39,756 bases of DNA from the NCBI RefSeq assembly GCF_003918875.1, contig NW_025767631.1, positions 334,245 through 374,000 on the forward strand, read 5' to 3'. Source of the stretch: Haliotis rubra. Taxonomy: Eukaryota. Under the pieces are notes generated by a model. That model was not told where the DNA came from and searched no databases. It saw only the letters and a program-made list of their open reading frames with translations. This document shows positions 10,751 through 22,880 of the stretch, one piece after another (positions within the stretch are counted from its first letter, which is position 1; each line of letters begins with the position of its first letter). The position numbers and the translations under genes were made by a program.

Positions 10751-13689
10751 GACCTGTAGTTAAACTGTATCATGGCGCCCGGCGTTTAGTAGTTGCAACA
10801 AGGGATGGTGAGCTGGACCTGTAGTTAAACTGTATCATGGCGCCCGGCGTTTAGTAGTTGCAACAAGGGATGGTGGGCTGGACCTGTAGTTAAACTGTAT
10901 CATGGCGTCCGGCGTTTAGTAGTTGCAACAAGGGATGGTGGGCTGGACCTGTAGTTAAACTGTATCATGGCGCCCGTTTAGTAGTTGCGTTTAGTAGTTG
11001 CAACAAAGGGATGGTGAGCTGGACCTGTAGTTAAACTGTATCATCCGGCGTTTAGTAGTTGCAACGGCTGGACCTGTTTAAAGTATCATGGCGTCCGGCG
11101 TTTTGCAACAAAGGAGCTGGACCTGTAGTTAAACTGTATCATGGCTGTAGCCCGGGAGTTGCAACAAGGGATGGTGAGCTGGACCTGTAGTTAAACTGTA
11201 TCATGGCGTCCGGCGTTTAGTAGTTGCAACAAGGGCTGGTGGGCTGGACCTGTAGTTAAACTGTATCATGGCGTCCGGCGTTTAGTAGTTGCAACAAGGG
11301 ATGGTGGGCTGGACCTGTAGTTAAACTGTATCATGGCGCCCGGCGTTTAGTAGTTGCAACAAGGGATGGTGGGCTGGACCTGTAGTTAAACTGTATCATG
11401 GCGCCCAGCGTTTAGTAGTTGCAACAAGGGCTGGTGGGCTGGACCTGTAGTTAAACTGTATCATGGCGCCCGGCGTTTAGTAGTTGCAACAAGGGATGGT
11501 GGGCTGGACCTGTAGTTAAACTGTATCATGGCGCCCGGCGTTTAGTAGTTGCAACAAGGGATGGTGGGCTGGACCTGTAGTTAAACTGTATCATGGCGCC
11601 CGGCGTTTAGTAGTTGCAACAAGGGATGGTGGGCTGGACCTGTAGTTAAACTGTATCATGGCGTCCGGCGTTTAGTAGTTGCAAAAAAGGGATGGTGGGC
11701 TGGACCTGTAGTTAAACTGTATCATGGCGCCCGGCGTTTAGTAGTTGCAACAAGGGATGGTGGGCTGGACCTGTAGTTAAACTGTATCATGGCGCCCGGC
11801 GTTTAGTAGCTGCAACAAGGGATGGTGGGCTGGACCTGTAGTTAAACTGTATCATGGCGCCCGGCGTTTAGTAGTTGCAACAAGGGATGGTGGGCTGGAC
11901 CTGTAGTTAAACTGTATCATGGCGCCCGGCGTTTAGTAGTTGCAACAAGGGATGGTGGGCTGGACCTGTAGTTAAACTGTATCATGGCGCCCGGCGTTTA
12001 GTAGTTGCAACAAGGGATGGTGGGCTGGACCTGTAGTTAAACTGTATCATGGCGCCCGGCGTTTAGTAGTTGCAACAAGGGATGGTGGGCTGGACCTGTA
12101 GTTAAACTGTATCATGGCGCCCGGCGTTTAGTAGTTGCAACAAGGGATGGTGGGCTGGACCTGTAGTTAAACTGTATCATGGCGCCCGGCGTTTAGTAGT
12201 TGCAACAAGGGATGGTGGGCTGGACCTGTAGTTAAACTGTATCATGGCGCCCGGCGTTTAGTAGTTGCAACAAGGGATGGTGGGCTGGACCTGTAGTTAA
12301 ACTGTATCATGGCGCCCGGCGTTTAGTAGTTGCAACAAGGGATGGTGGGCTGGACCTGTAGTTAAACTGTATCATGGCGCCCGGCGTTTAGTAGTTGCAA
12401 CAAGGGATGGTGGGCTGGACCTGTAGTTAAACTGTATCATGGCGTCCGGCGTTTAGTAGTTGCAACAAGGGATGGTGAGCTGGACCTGTAGTTAAACTGT
12501 ATCATGGCGCCCGGCGTTTAGTAGTTGCAACAAGGGATGGTGAGCTGGACCTGTAGTTAAACTGTATCATGGCGCCCGGCGTTTAGTAGTTGCAAACAAG
12601 GGATGGTGGGCTGGACCTGTAGTTAAACTGTATCATGGCGCCCGGCGTTTAGTAGTTGCAACAAGGGCTGGTGGGCTGGACCTGTAGTTAAACTGTATCA
12701 TGGCGCCCGGCGTTTAGTAGTTGCAACAAGGGATGGTGGGCTGGACCTGTAGTTAAACTGTATCATGGCGCCCGGCGTTTAGTAGTTGCAACAAGCAACA
12801 AGGGATGGTGGGCTGGACCTGTAGTTAAACTGTATCATGGCGCCCGGCGTTTAGTAGTTGCAACAAGGGATGGTGGGCTGGACCTGTAGTTAAACTGTAT
12901 CATGGGGTCCGGCGTTTAGTAGCTGCAACAAGGGATGGTGGGCTGGACCTGTAGTTAAACTGTATCATGGCGCCCGGCGTTTAGTAGTTGCAACAAGGGA
13001 TGGTGGGCTGGACCTGTAGTTAAACTGTATCATGGCACCCGGCGTTTAGTAGTTGCAACAAGGGATTGTGGGCTGGACCTGTAGTTTAACTGTATCATAG
13101 CGCCCGGCGTTTAGTAGTTGCATCAAGGGATGGTGGGCTGGACCTGTAGTTAAACTGTATCATGGGGTCCGGCGTTTAGTAGCTGCAACAAGGGATGGTG
13201 GGCTGGACCTGTAGTTAAACTGTATCATGGCGCCCGGCGTTTAGTAGTTGCAACAAGGGGTGGTGAGCTGGACCTGTAGTTAAACTGTATCATGGCGTCC
13301 GGCGTTTAGTAGTTGCAACAAGGGATGGTGGGCTGGACCTGTAGTTAAACTGTATCATGGCACCCGGCGTTTAGTAGTTGCAACAAGGGATGGTGGGCTG
13401 GACCTGTAGTTAAACTGTATCATGGCGTCCGGCGTTTAGTAGTTGCAACAAGGGATGGTGGGCTGGACCTGTAGTTAAACTGTATCATGGCGCCCGGCGT
13501 TTAGTAGTTGCATCAAGGGATGGTGGGCTGGACCTGTAGTTAAACTGTATCATGGCGTCCGGCGTTTAGTAGTTGCAACAAGGGATGGTGGGCTGGACCT
13601 GTAGTTAAACTGTATCATGGCGTCCGGCGTTTAGTAGTTGCATCAAGGGATGGTGGGCTGGACCTGTAGTTAAACTGTATCATGGCGTC
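10751..13689. repeat. 65-bp tandem satellite, ~45 copies
   Basis: Unit gacctgtagttaaactgtatcatggcgcccggcgtttagtagttgcaacaagggatggtgggctg, very homogeneous in the centre. Confidence 0.97.
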
Positions 13690-13844
13690 TCGGTGGACAA
13701 CGCCATACAACCAGCTGTAGTCTAGCATATAGAACAAGACCTGAAACCGCCATTGAACCACGAGAGAAACTAGGTCATAGTCTCTTTATATGTTTTAATG
13801 TATTAGTTAACTTGTAAAATTAAATATATGTTAGCGGCACATAC

Positions 13845-14191
13845 CGCCAGTACAAGACAGAAACCATCACTAAACTGTGACCCTGAGGTTGATGACGACA
13901 CGCCAAACACTGTAACCACTGGTACCAACACTGGCGTGTGTCAACTGTCAGCGCTCTGACGACATTTCTGGGTACACAGTCTGACGAAACTGATCCATTG
14001 ATATTTACTCCGCAGGACAAAAACATTCAAATTTGTCTCAGATCAGTACATGACTGGAAACTGGTGTGTTTATTACGGTTACTATGTACAGATACCAATG
14101 CCTGCACGTGGTACAATTTGGCCTATAAGAGAACTATAGGACATGTAGATTGTGGTTGGACCAGTGTCATATGCAGATATTGTGAAGGGTA
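13845..14191 (-). pseudogene. Possible decayed antisense exon (FN3-like segment plus hydrophobic TM-like segment)
   Basis: Bounded by a pyrimidine-rich acceptor (ttccttttttctgaccttccatatgctag) and a donor CG|gtatgt. Frameshifted fragments read VPFTISAYDTGPTTIYMSYSS, CGVNINGSVSSDCVPRNVVRALTVDT, PVLVPVVTVFG and LVMVSVLYWR. Confidence 0.3.
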
Positions 14192-14353
14192 CTAGCATAT
14201 GGAAGGTCAGAAAAAAGGAAACGTAAATAATGACCCTTAACCTTTCCCTGTACGTATATACTCTATACATATTATGATGACCTATGTGTTTAAGCGCCAT
14301 TCCATTCTGGCAGTGAGCAGTGGTCGATTCTGTTTGGTAACAGGCTTAAAATA

Positions 14354-15857
14354 AACTAGTGTCCAAAAGAAACGATACCACGTGTTTCAAAGATCACTCA
14401 ATTAAAACAAAACAACATAGACAATTCAAATTGATATCTTTCATTAGATAAATGATTTTACGGCATGTGTACAAAAAGTCATGGCAATCAAAGATTTACA
14501 ATCATGAACACAGGGCTTTAAACGAAGTGTGGTGCCCAAAATTCAAAATTCATTTTAGCACAGTGGAGGAGGCTAGTGAGGGTAGTCTCTGAAAACAGTC
14601 TTAACGCCACTTTAGTACCGGGTATGTCCACCAGCAGCTGCGATACATGCCATGACATGCCTCCGAGCTGATGACGTCTTGTTCTTGAAAACGTCGGATG
14701 ACGTTAGGGATGATTCGCTGCCACTCATCCTGGAGACAATGTTCCAATTGTTGGAGGTTGACTCGGGGCGTTTTCTGATTTTCCGATTGAGGTGATCCCA
14801 GATGTGCTCAATGGGATTCAAATCTGGTGAACACGCTGGCCATGACAAAACCTGTATGTTGGCGTTGGCAAGGAAGTTCTGGGTCAATCCTCCTGGATGC
14901 TGTTGGGCGAATGGCTGCACGACTGGTCGTAAAACCTCATCTTGGTAACGCTGTGCATTCAGGTTCCCCCGAATAATGACGAGCCTCGTTTTTACATCAC
15001 CGCAGATACCTCCTCACACCATTGCACCTCCGCCTCCAAATGCATGGACTTGCTGGATGCAGTTCGGCGCCAAACGTTCACGAACTCTTCGGTATACTCG
15101 CTGCCGACCATCGTTCTTGTATAGGCAAAACCGGCTTTCGTCCGAAAACAAGACACGTGCCCAGTTTCGACATTGCCACCGCCGAACACGCCTGGCCCAT
15201 ATCAATCGGTTGACTGCTTTGACGTGTCAGGTAAACTCTGCGGTAGGGGCGACGTGCACGGATACCATGTGCCTGCAGTCTCCTGTAGACGGTTTGTCGA
15301 CTGATCCGGTGTCCCAGTCCCGTCGCCGCCGTTAACGTCGCAGGAACGAAGCGGTTACGTAGGTGAAGTAACCGGATGTGGTTGTCTTGAATAGGCGTGG
15401 TCGCCCGGGGTCTCCCGCTTCTCAGCCTGACTGTTGTTCGGCCTGTTTGACGCAACCGTCGCATTAACCTGGTAACGGTTATGCGTGCGCATCCAAACGT
15501 TCTTGCTACAGCTGCGTGTGATGCTCGCTGTCGGACCATTCCAACGGCTCTTACTCTCTCGATCGCTGTCAAACGTGCCATTTCTTTAGTGTGCTTTTTT
15601 ACTGCTGTGGGCACAACGTGTCGGACCAGCGGTTTTATACAGTTCATCTTCACGTGCACTTCGTGCAACACGACTTAACGTCATTTTGAGTATTCGTGCA
15701 ATTGCTTCTTAAGTGAATCAATGTTACCGTTTTTTTCGATCGAATACGTTTGGTTAGGAACGTGGGATACACAGAAATATGTTTTTTCTCCAAAAAGTAT
15801 CATTAATTTAAAAATATTGAAAAAAATATTTGGTATCGTTTCTTTTGGACATGAGTT
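14354..15857 (-). mobile_element. Tc1-family DNA transposon A (defective)
   Basis: TIRs aactagtgtccaaaagaaacgatacca / tggtatcgtttcttttggacatgagtt with TA flanks. Transposase runs 15581->14612 (MARLTAIERVRAVGM, RSGRPR, VLFSDESRF, SPDLNPIEHIW, GGHTRY*) with frameshifts. Confidence 0.95.
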
Positions 15858-15861
15858 TATG

Positions 15862-17263
15862 TACTGAGTCAAAACAGAAACTTCACAAAATGTAATTTGA
15901 AAAATAATGAATAATTTTCCTCTGATGATACATCTATGTATCCGAAATGGGATCCCTATCTTTTCTTCATATGCACGTGTTTGCATTGGCCTCAAGAATT
16001 GAAAAAACACTTTTCAACCACAGTTCTAACGGTACTTGAAATGCCACGATTGTCAAATGTGCAACGTGAACGTGCCGTTGGCATGTTGCAAGCGGGAAGA
16101 TCAGTTATTGACGTCGCAAGAGCAATGGGATGCAGCCGTCGTACTGTGTATGACTTGCGAGGTCGTCTACAACAAACTGGCACCACTTCTGATCGCCCAA
16201 GGTCGGGTCGTCCACGTGTGACGTCACGAGCAGAAGACCGTCAAATCGTCCTACGTCACCTACGTGACAGATTTCTGCCGGCTACACGAACCAGGGCTGA
16301 GATGTTTAGAGGTCGACTGTCCTCACAGACCATTCGAAATCGGTTGCGGGCTGCCAATCTCCATTCTCGACGTCCATATCGTGGGCCAATATTGACGCCG
16401 TTTCATCAACGTCAACGTCTGCTGTGGGCCCAACGTCACCTCCGATGGACCCAGAGAGACTGGAATCGAGTCGTCTTTAGCGATGAATCCAGGTTTACCC
16501 TCAGATTCGCGGACGGCAGGTATAGAGTCTGGAGACGACGTCGTGAACGGTATGCCCAATGTTGAGTACAGAAAGTCGACAGATCCGGGGGCGGAAGTTG
16601 CATGGTGTTGGGTGCTTTCTGTGGGAACAACCGTTCCCGACTTCTGGTCATCCGTGGAAACCTCACAGCTGCTGCTTATCGCGACCAGGTGCTCACCCCT
16701 GAACTCGTTCCTTTCATGGCGGCTCATGGCTCAGGTCTACAGGTCTACAGTTCCGCATACCGCGATGTTGACACGAAATTTCCTTCAAAACGCTGGAATC
16801 AACGTCATGGACTGGCCATCGAGGTCCCCTGACCTTAATCCGATAGAGCACGTTTGGGATGCACTTGGGGGAAGGCTTCGTGGTCTTAGGAACCAACCTC
16901 AAAATTTGCAGGAACTTGGCGCTGCCTTGCAAAAGCAATGGCGCAGAATCCCCAACCACGTGTTCACAAGCATCAGGCAGTCGATGAGGAGACGGGGTTT
17001 GGCAGTGGTGAATGCGCGGGGCGGCCATACACGATATTGAACTGAGAAATTTCGCATTTTTATTCTTCTGACTTGCCATTCTGTATACCCATGTTTTGGA
17101 ACGGCGGTGTAGCCTAATGGAACTGATTATGGCACTGTCAGTGTATCGAGTACATCACACAGATCTCAGCAATGAAATAATAACAATTTAACCATCTCAA
17201 CCATCTTTTGGTCTTTTATAGTGCCCTGAAGAAAGAATGTGAAGTTTCTTTTTTGACTCAGTA
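15862..17263 (+). mobile_element. Tc1-family DNA transposon B (defective)
   Basis: TIRs tactgagtcaaaacagaaacttcac / gtgaagtttcttttttgactcagta followed by TA. Transposase runs 16041-17040 (MPRLSNVQRERAVGM, RPRSGRPR, VVFSDESRF, SPDLNPIEHVW, GGHTRY*) with a stop at 16563-16565 and a frameshift near 16740. Confidence 0.95.
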
Positions 17264-17483
17264 TATATTTTTCTTCCTCTAAGCTACGCCATTTTACACA
17301 ACAATCGTCTCTATTAACACGTAGGTTCTAAAGCGCTCGGTTCTAAATAAAATACAGTTATCGAGTCTGTGGTGAGACAACCTCAGATTTCGACATTTTT
17401 TTCTCATAAATATACACCCACCCACTCTTAACCGTATCAAACTTCGCGAATCTGTTATAAGCGTTGTGTTTTCCTTTTTTCAG

Positions 17484-17885
17484 GTTCATCAAATTGTGAA
17501 CCAGAGGCCGTACAACGTGGATATGAAACCAATGTATGTCACTACAAAACAGAACAATCAATATTAAAATGTTCTCGGGATGAAGCAATGTTAGTTTTGA
17601 AACTTTTACAAAGAACTGAAACTGACTGTAGTCCAAATGGCGATGGATGTTGTAAATACAAGAGAGATGACAAACTGTACGATATCGGAGGGTGTTTGTT
17701 GAACCAGAGTGATACTGGTCACAAGACAGTGTATCAGTCAGCGCTGCGCGAGGTTCTGGAGGAGTGCAGTCAGAGGAGGTACTGCCTGTTGGAGAGTCGG
17801 GGCACCCACCTCCACAGCCTCCAGAACACCACCCTGGGGGGACTGCGTCCGTCAGCCGTGCTGGTCAACCACGAATGTGTGAAAG
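17484..17885 (+). CDS. Gene 1 exon 2: Cys-rich SUEL/rhamnose-binding-lectin-like domain (10 Cys)
   Basis: Acceptor ttccttttttcag|, donor AAAG|gtaatt, phase 1-1, 402 nt open. Reads GSSNCEPE...VCHYK...LKCSRDEAMLVL...DCSPNGDGCCKY...YDIGGCLLN...REVLEECSQRRYCLLES...AVLVNHECVK and is homologous to 34799-35209. The domain call comes from Cys spacing only. Confidence 0.88.
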
Positions 17886-18049
17886 GTAATTAGTTGATTG
17901 CTATGCTGACATAGATCCTTATTTTGAGACAAAGTAGCAAAACCAGTACATTGGATTCATTATTACAGTGTCAGCGGTATGCACGACGAGGAATATTTCA
18001 GAGGAATTCCTGAGTTGAAGATGGTCCTAATCATTTAAATATTTTCAAT

Positions 18050-18240
18050 ATATACTCAGCGTCGTGGCTGGTTGTGGACCTGTAGCGGACCTGCTGGTCA
18101 GGCATGTGTGCCCAGTGTCTTCCACTGGCGGGAATCCATGCTCATATTTTCAGTAATGGTAAATTCTGTCCCGATTATAACAAGGCATCATAACGTAGCT
18201 TATACTGGCTTTCAGAAAATATTCTTCACTCACTCACACA
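18050..18240 (+). mobile_element. Degenerate SINE family 1 copy
   Basis: ggtcaggc...atgctcat...cactcactcac tail. Confidence 0.45.
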
Positions 18241-18393
18241 ACTGACAAACAGCAAGGAAATAATCAGGGGGAAAATATAGCCTGTAAATGTAGAAACATG
18301 TCATATTCCTCCACAATGCCGATTGCTTCTTTGATTTTTAATACCGCACTATTGACATCGTGGTTGTAAATAACTTGTGTCATTCTAACACAG

Positions 18394-18714
18394 AGGAGGA
18401 ATCAGTGAAATTGTGCCGGAACAAGGTAAGAACTGGACCACATATCTATATCGGTCTGGATCAGACGATGACGTCACCAAGAGAGACATGCTCGTGTACA
18501 GTAAAGGGAGGTAGCCGCGTCCAGCTGCTCGATGTCCGGCTAGGAGAAGGCCACAGCAGACTGACCCTCAGAGAAGACGACGACACATTTCTCACTGTCA
18601 GTGGCGATGACGTCCAGTTCATGCAGATGAGGGAGTTCTTCATATCAGAATGGAGTTTACACCTGGATGTGGACAGGGAGAGGCGTCCACACAGTGTCTG
18701 GGTCAAAGTAGAAG
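18394..18714 (+). CDS. Gene 1 exon 3: CUB-like beta-sandwich domain
   Basis: Acceptor ttctaacacag|, donor GAAG|gtactg, phase 1-1. Reads EESVKLC...HIYI...TCSCTV...QLLDVRLG...SEWSLHLDV...VWVKVE and is homologous to 38104-38445. Confidence 0.88.
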
Positions 18715-19112
18715 GTACTGTACTCTGTCATGACGTATTTGTCACAACATCGCCTATATATCGTTCATATATCTCTTTTACCTTACATATTGTTGTAAAT
18801 CGTATCCTCGTTTCTTTCACCTGGGCTTCCCACTGACTCGTTTCTGTCAAGGAAAGTTATGTTCTCTATAATCCAAGCTTCATAGATCTGATATGATCGA
18901 GGATATTTGTATTGGAAAACTGCGGACAACATAAACTATATACATCCTATTACTGTCCTTGGTGGTGGATAAACGCGAAACAAGCAAGACATGCCTATTG
19001 TGAAGTTATCAAGTGTGTACATATTTTGCTCGGGAGGTTAGTTTGAGACGCTGCGTTAGGAAGCATTGTTAGGCTGTTTCAGGAAGCCTCTGGCGGTAGT
19101 CGGCACCAGGTA

Positions 19113-20018
19113 CGAGGGTCGATCAAAAAGTGCGTAGCCTAACTATAGTCTCGATGTCCAATGTTTGAAAAGCTTTCATTTTATTTTGAAGGAATCGTTA
19201 GCAAAGCCATATCTAAAATTTCACATGTGTGGGTAATGTGGTTATCCAGATATTTGTCATCACAACACATTTGGGTATAATATTTCTAACAAAATTGCAG
19301 AAAATGAAAAACGATTTTCTTTTGGTACCTGTTGGATAATGGTATGCCCTCAGATAATGTCATATAAAATATGTTCAGTATAGTATTGGATGACTTCTCG
19401 TCATGATCAACAGTCAAAGATTTGAATTGCCTAATTTATATTTAGTCGGGGGCTATTTCTTAAGGACACCCCCATTGTAATCTTTCAAAAATAATGTGTC
19501 CAGATATTCAAGCTGGCACTGTTTATAATATGTTGTAAGCTGACGCTTGTGTGACCATTCAGTATTTAGTTTGAACCCTTGGCATCATGTGAAAACATTA
19601 GAATAAGCTATGCCCTTATGATTACGTCATCTGAAAGGGGGATGGGTAGTGTCTCCCCAAAAACTCTTTCAGTCAACATGAAGGGGGAGTCACTTTTAAC
19701 AAGCCATTGTAATTTCAAATTGTTGTTTTATGAACTGTAATATCTAGGTGTGATTCTAGGGGACTTCTGTCAATCTCGAACACACAAAATATTTCTTGCA
19801 TATTTTGTTTCCTGAAGTTTTTGATGCATTTATTTTAGATTTTGCGTTTTTGGGGGATACCAAGATAAAAGGTCAAACAAAATGGGGATCGTGAGACTGG
19901 AACATAGCAAAACCAAATTGCGTCAGCTTGACAGATAATATGTAGAAAAATATAACATTAAAATAACTGCATTGTTTCGTTTTCTTGGTGATTCTACCTA
20001 CTTTTTGATCGCCCCTCG
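19113..20018. mobile_element. Non-autonomous mariner-type element (~0.9 kb)
   Basis: TA|cgagggtcgatcaaaaagt ... actttttgatcgcccctcg|TA terminal inverted repeats with TA duplication and no intact ORF. Confidence 0.85.
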
Positions 20019-20044
20019 TACATGTCTATTGTTGAGTTCGCATC

Positions 20045-20863
20045 CAGATTAGATCTGGTTATAGTCTTGGTTTGTCAGATTAGCTCTGGTTATAGTTCTG
20101 GTTTGTCAGATTAGCTCTGGTTATAGTCTTGGTTTGTCAGATTAGATCTGGTTAGAGTTTTGGCTTGTCAGATTAGCTCTGGTTACAGTTTTGGTTTGTC
20201 AGATTAGATCTGGTTAGAGTTTTGGTTTATAAGATTAGATCTGGTTATAGTTTTGGTTTGTCAGATTAGATCTGGTTATAGTTTTGGTTTGTCAGATTAG
20301 ATCTGGTTATAGTCTTGGTTTGTCAGATTAGCTCTGGTTATAGTTTTGGTTTGTCAGATTAGATCTGGTTACAGTCTTGGTTTGTCAGATTAGATCTGGT
20401 TATAGTTTTGGTTTGTCAGATTAGCTCTGGTTATAGTCTTGGTTTGTCAGATTAGATCTGGTTATAGTTTTGGGTTGTCAGATTAGCTCTGGTTACAGTT
20501 TTGGTTTGTCAGATTAGCTCTGGTTATTGTTTTGGTTTGTCAGATTAGCTGTGGTTATATTATAGTTTTGGTTTATAAGATTAGATCTGGTTATAGTCTT
20601 GGTTTGTCAGATTAGATCTTGTTATAGGTTTGGTTTGTCAGATTAGCTCTGGTTACAGTCTTGGTTTGTCAGATTAGATCTGGTTATAGTTTTGGTTTGT
20701 CAGATTAGATCTGGTTAAAGTCTTGGTTTGTCAGATTAGCTCTGGTTATAGTCTTGGTTTGTCAGATTAGCTCTGGTTACAGTCTTGGTTTGTCAGATTA
20801 GATCTGGTTATAGTTTTGGTTTGTCAGATTAGATTTGGTTATAGTCTTGGTTTGTCAGATTAG
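20045..20863. repeat. 31-bp minisatellite, ~26 copies
   Basis: Unit cagattagatctggttatagttttggtttgt. Confidence 0.96.
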
Positions 20864-21035
20864 AATCTGCGCATTCATGGGGTTCATCAAAGTAGTGCAC
20901 CCCGGGCTGCCTTTCACACCAAGCTGTCTCTCCTGGTTATATCTCAAATATTGCTCAGTCAGCGTTATTTCCACTTCACTCACTCACACCTCCGTATGAT
21001 GCTACTCCCGTAACTCACTGGTTTTGTTTTGTCAG

Positions 21036-21071
21036 GATCCGGGAATTCTACAGTTCAAGTCACATGCAGTG
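21036..21071 (+). CDS. Gene 1 exon 4: 36-nt micro-exon GSGNSTVQVTCS
   Basis: ttttgttttgtcag| ... G|gtaggt, phase 1-1. The paralog has an identically sized exon (GYNSTKVTVTCE) at 38557-38592. Confidence 0.85.
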
Positions 21072-21171
21072 GTAGGTGCATATAATTTCATCATTGAACA
21101 TTTTTCTCCTTGTTTAGCTGTATAAGTGATGAGTGTTTTCTAGTAGGTTGCCCTGCTTGCATATTAGTTCG

Positions 21172-21419
21172 TCTACTTACATTCCTCTATTTGCCTTCCT
21201 CTACTTAGATTCCTCTATTTGCATTCCTCTACTTACATTCCTCTACTTGCATTCCTCTACTTACATTCCTCTACTTGCATTCCTCTACTTACAATCCTCT
21301 ACTTACATTCCTCTACTTACATCCCTCTACTTACACTCTCTACTTACATTCCTCTACTTACAATCCTCTACTTACATTTCTCTACTTACATTCCTCTACT
21401 TACATTCCTCTACTTACAT
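21172..21419. repeat. 14-bp pyrimidine-rich minisatellite, ~18 copies
   Basis: Unit cattcctctactta, ending about 20 nt before the exon 5 acceptor. Confidence 0.93.
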
Positions 21420-21438
21420 GCAATCTGTCGTTATTCAG

Positions 21439-21534
21439 AGACGCACGCAGCCACCTCCTCGTCCTCATCAGAAGCACCAACGACTACACCTCCAACACCA
21501 GCACTTCCTGTACAGCCGAGCCCGTCCGCAAATT
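21439..21534 (+). CDS. Gene 1 exon 5: Ser/Thr/Pro-rich stalk
   Basis: ttattcag| ETHAATSSSSSEAPTTTPPTPALPVQPSPSAN T|gtaagt, phase 1-1. Confidence 0.82.
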
Positions 21535-21769
21535 GTAAGTTGGAACCACTTACTGACCAACGTATTTTAAGAGTGAACCACTCTCATTTCTGAACCATCC
21601 TCTTTCTTGTCTATTTTATACTGGAACCGCTGTATACCGCCCGTTTTGTCTGAAACGACATTGTCGAACCACTGTCGAACGTGCCTTGGTTATTATCTGC
21701 CTCAAATGTTTTATTTCTGAACTTATCTACGTTTCTGATCTGTATCACTATCTGCTCCACGTTTTCCAA

Positions 21770-22880
21770 ATCTGAACCACTGTCTGAAACAGTATCTGTG
21801 ATCTGCTTCTGGTCTGAACCACTATCTGCTCCAAGTTTTCCAAGTCTGAACCACTCACTGTCGTGTGTTCCAAGTCTGAACCACTCACTGTCGTGTGTTT
21901 CAAGTCTGAACCACTCACTGTCATGTGTTTCAGGTCTGGACCACTATCTGTTGTGTTTCAGGTCTGGACCACTATCTGTCGTGTGTTCCAAGTCCGAACC
22001 ACTCACTGTCGTGTGTTCCAGGTCTGGACCACTATCTGTCGTGTGTTTCAGGTCTGGACCACTATCTGTCGTGTGTTCCTAGTCTGGACCACTATCTGTC
22101 GTGTGTTCCAAGTCTGAACCACTCACTGTCGTGTGTTTCAGGTCTGGACCAATATCTGTCGTGTGTTCCAAGTCTGAACCACTCACTGTCGTGTGTTTCA
22201 GGTCTGGACCAATATCTGTCGTGTGTTTCAAGTCTGGACCACTATCTGTCGTGTGTTCCAAGTCTGAACCACTCACTGTCGTGTGTTTCAGGTCTGGACC
22301 AATATCTGTCGTGTGTTTCAGGTCTGGACCAATATCTGTCGTGTGTTTCAGGTCTGGACCAATATCTGTCGTGTGTTTCAGGTCTGGACCAATATCTGTC
22401 GTGTGTTCCAAGTCTGAACCACTCACTGTCGTGTGTTCCAAGTCTGAACCACTCACTGTCGTGTGTTTCAGGTCTGGACCAATATCTGTCGTGTGTTTCA
22501 GGTCTGGACCAATATCTGTCGTGTGTTCCAAGTCTGAACCACTCACTGTCGTGTGTTTCAGGTCTGGACCAATATCTGTCGTGTGTTTCAGGTCTGGACC
22601 ACTATCTGTCGTGTGTTCCAAGTCTGAACCACTCACTGTCGTGGGTTTCAGGTCTGGACCAATATCTGTCGTGTGTTCCAAGTCTGAACCACTCACTGTC
22701 GTGGGTTTCAGGTCTGGACCACTATCTGTCGTGTGTTCCAAGTCTGAACCACTCACTGTCGTGTGTTTCAGGTCAGGACCAATATCTGTCGTGTGTTTCA
22801 GGTCTGGACCAATATCTGTCGTGTGTTTCAGGTCTGGACCAATATCTGTCGTGTGTTTCAGGTCTGGACCACTATCTACC
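21770..22880 (+). repeat. 30-bp minisatellite (two interspersed variants) derived from an intron/exon junction
   Basis: Variant A is ggtctggaccaatatctgtcgtgtgtttca and variant B is agtctgaaccactcactgtcgtgtgt(tt/tc)ca. The last unit runs into the TM exon. Confidence 0.95.

Noticed and set aside
9011-10773. Pro/His-rich and Gly/Val-rich ORFs (extensin-like)
   Set aside because: They are translations of a low-complexity C-rich tract inside an intron.
10751-13689. CRISPR-like array (also considered for the 23-, 30-, 31- and 34-bp arrays)
   Set aside because: Units are head-to-tail with no unique spacers, there are no cas genes, and the context is eukaryotic and intron-containing.
21133-21570. 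Hydrophobic ORFs over the 14-bp repeat
   Set aside because: They are repeat translations. Only 21439-21534 is bounded by splice sites.
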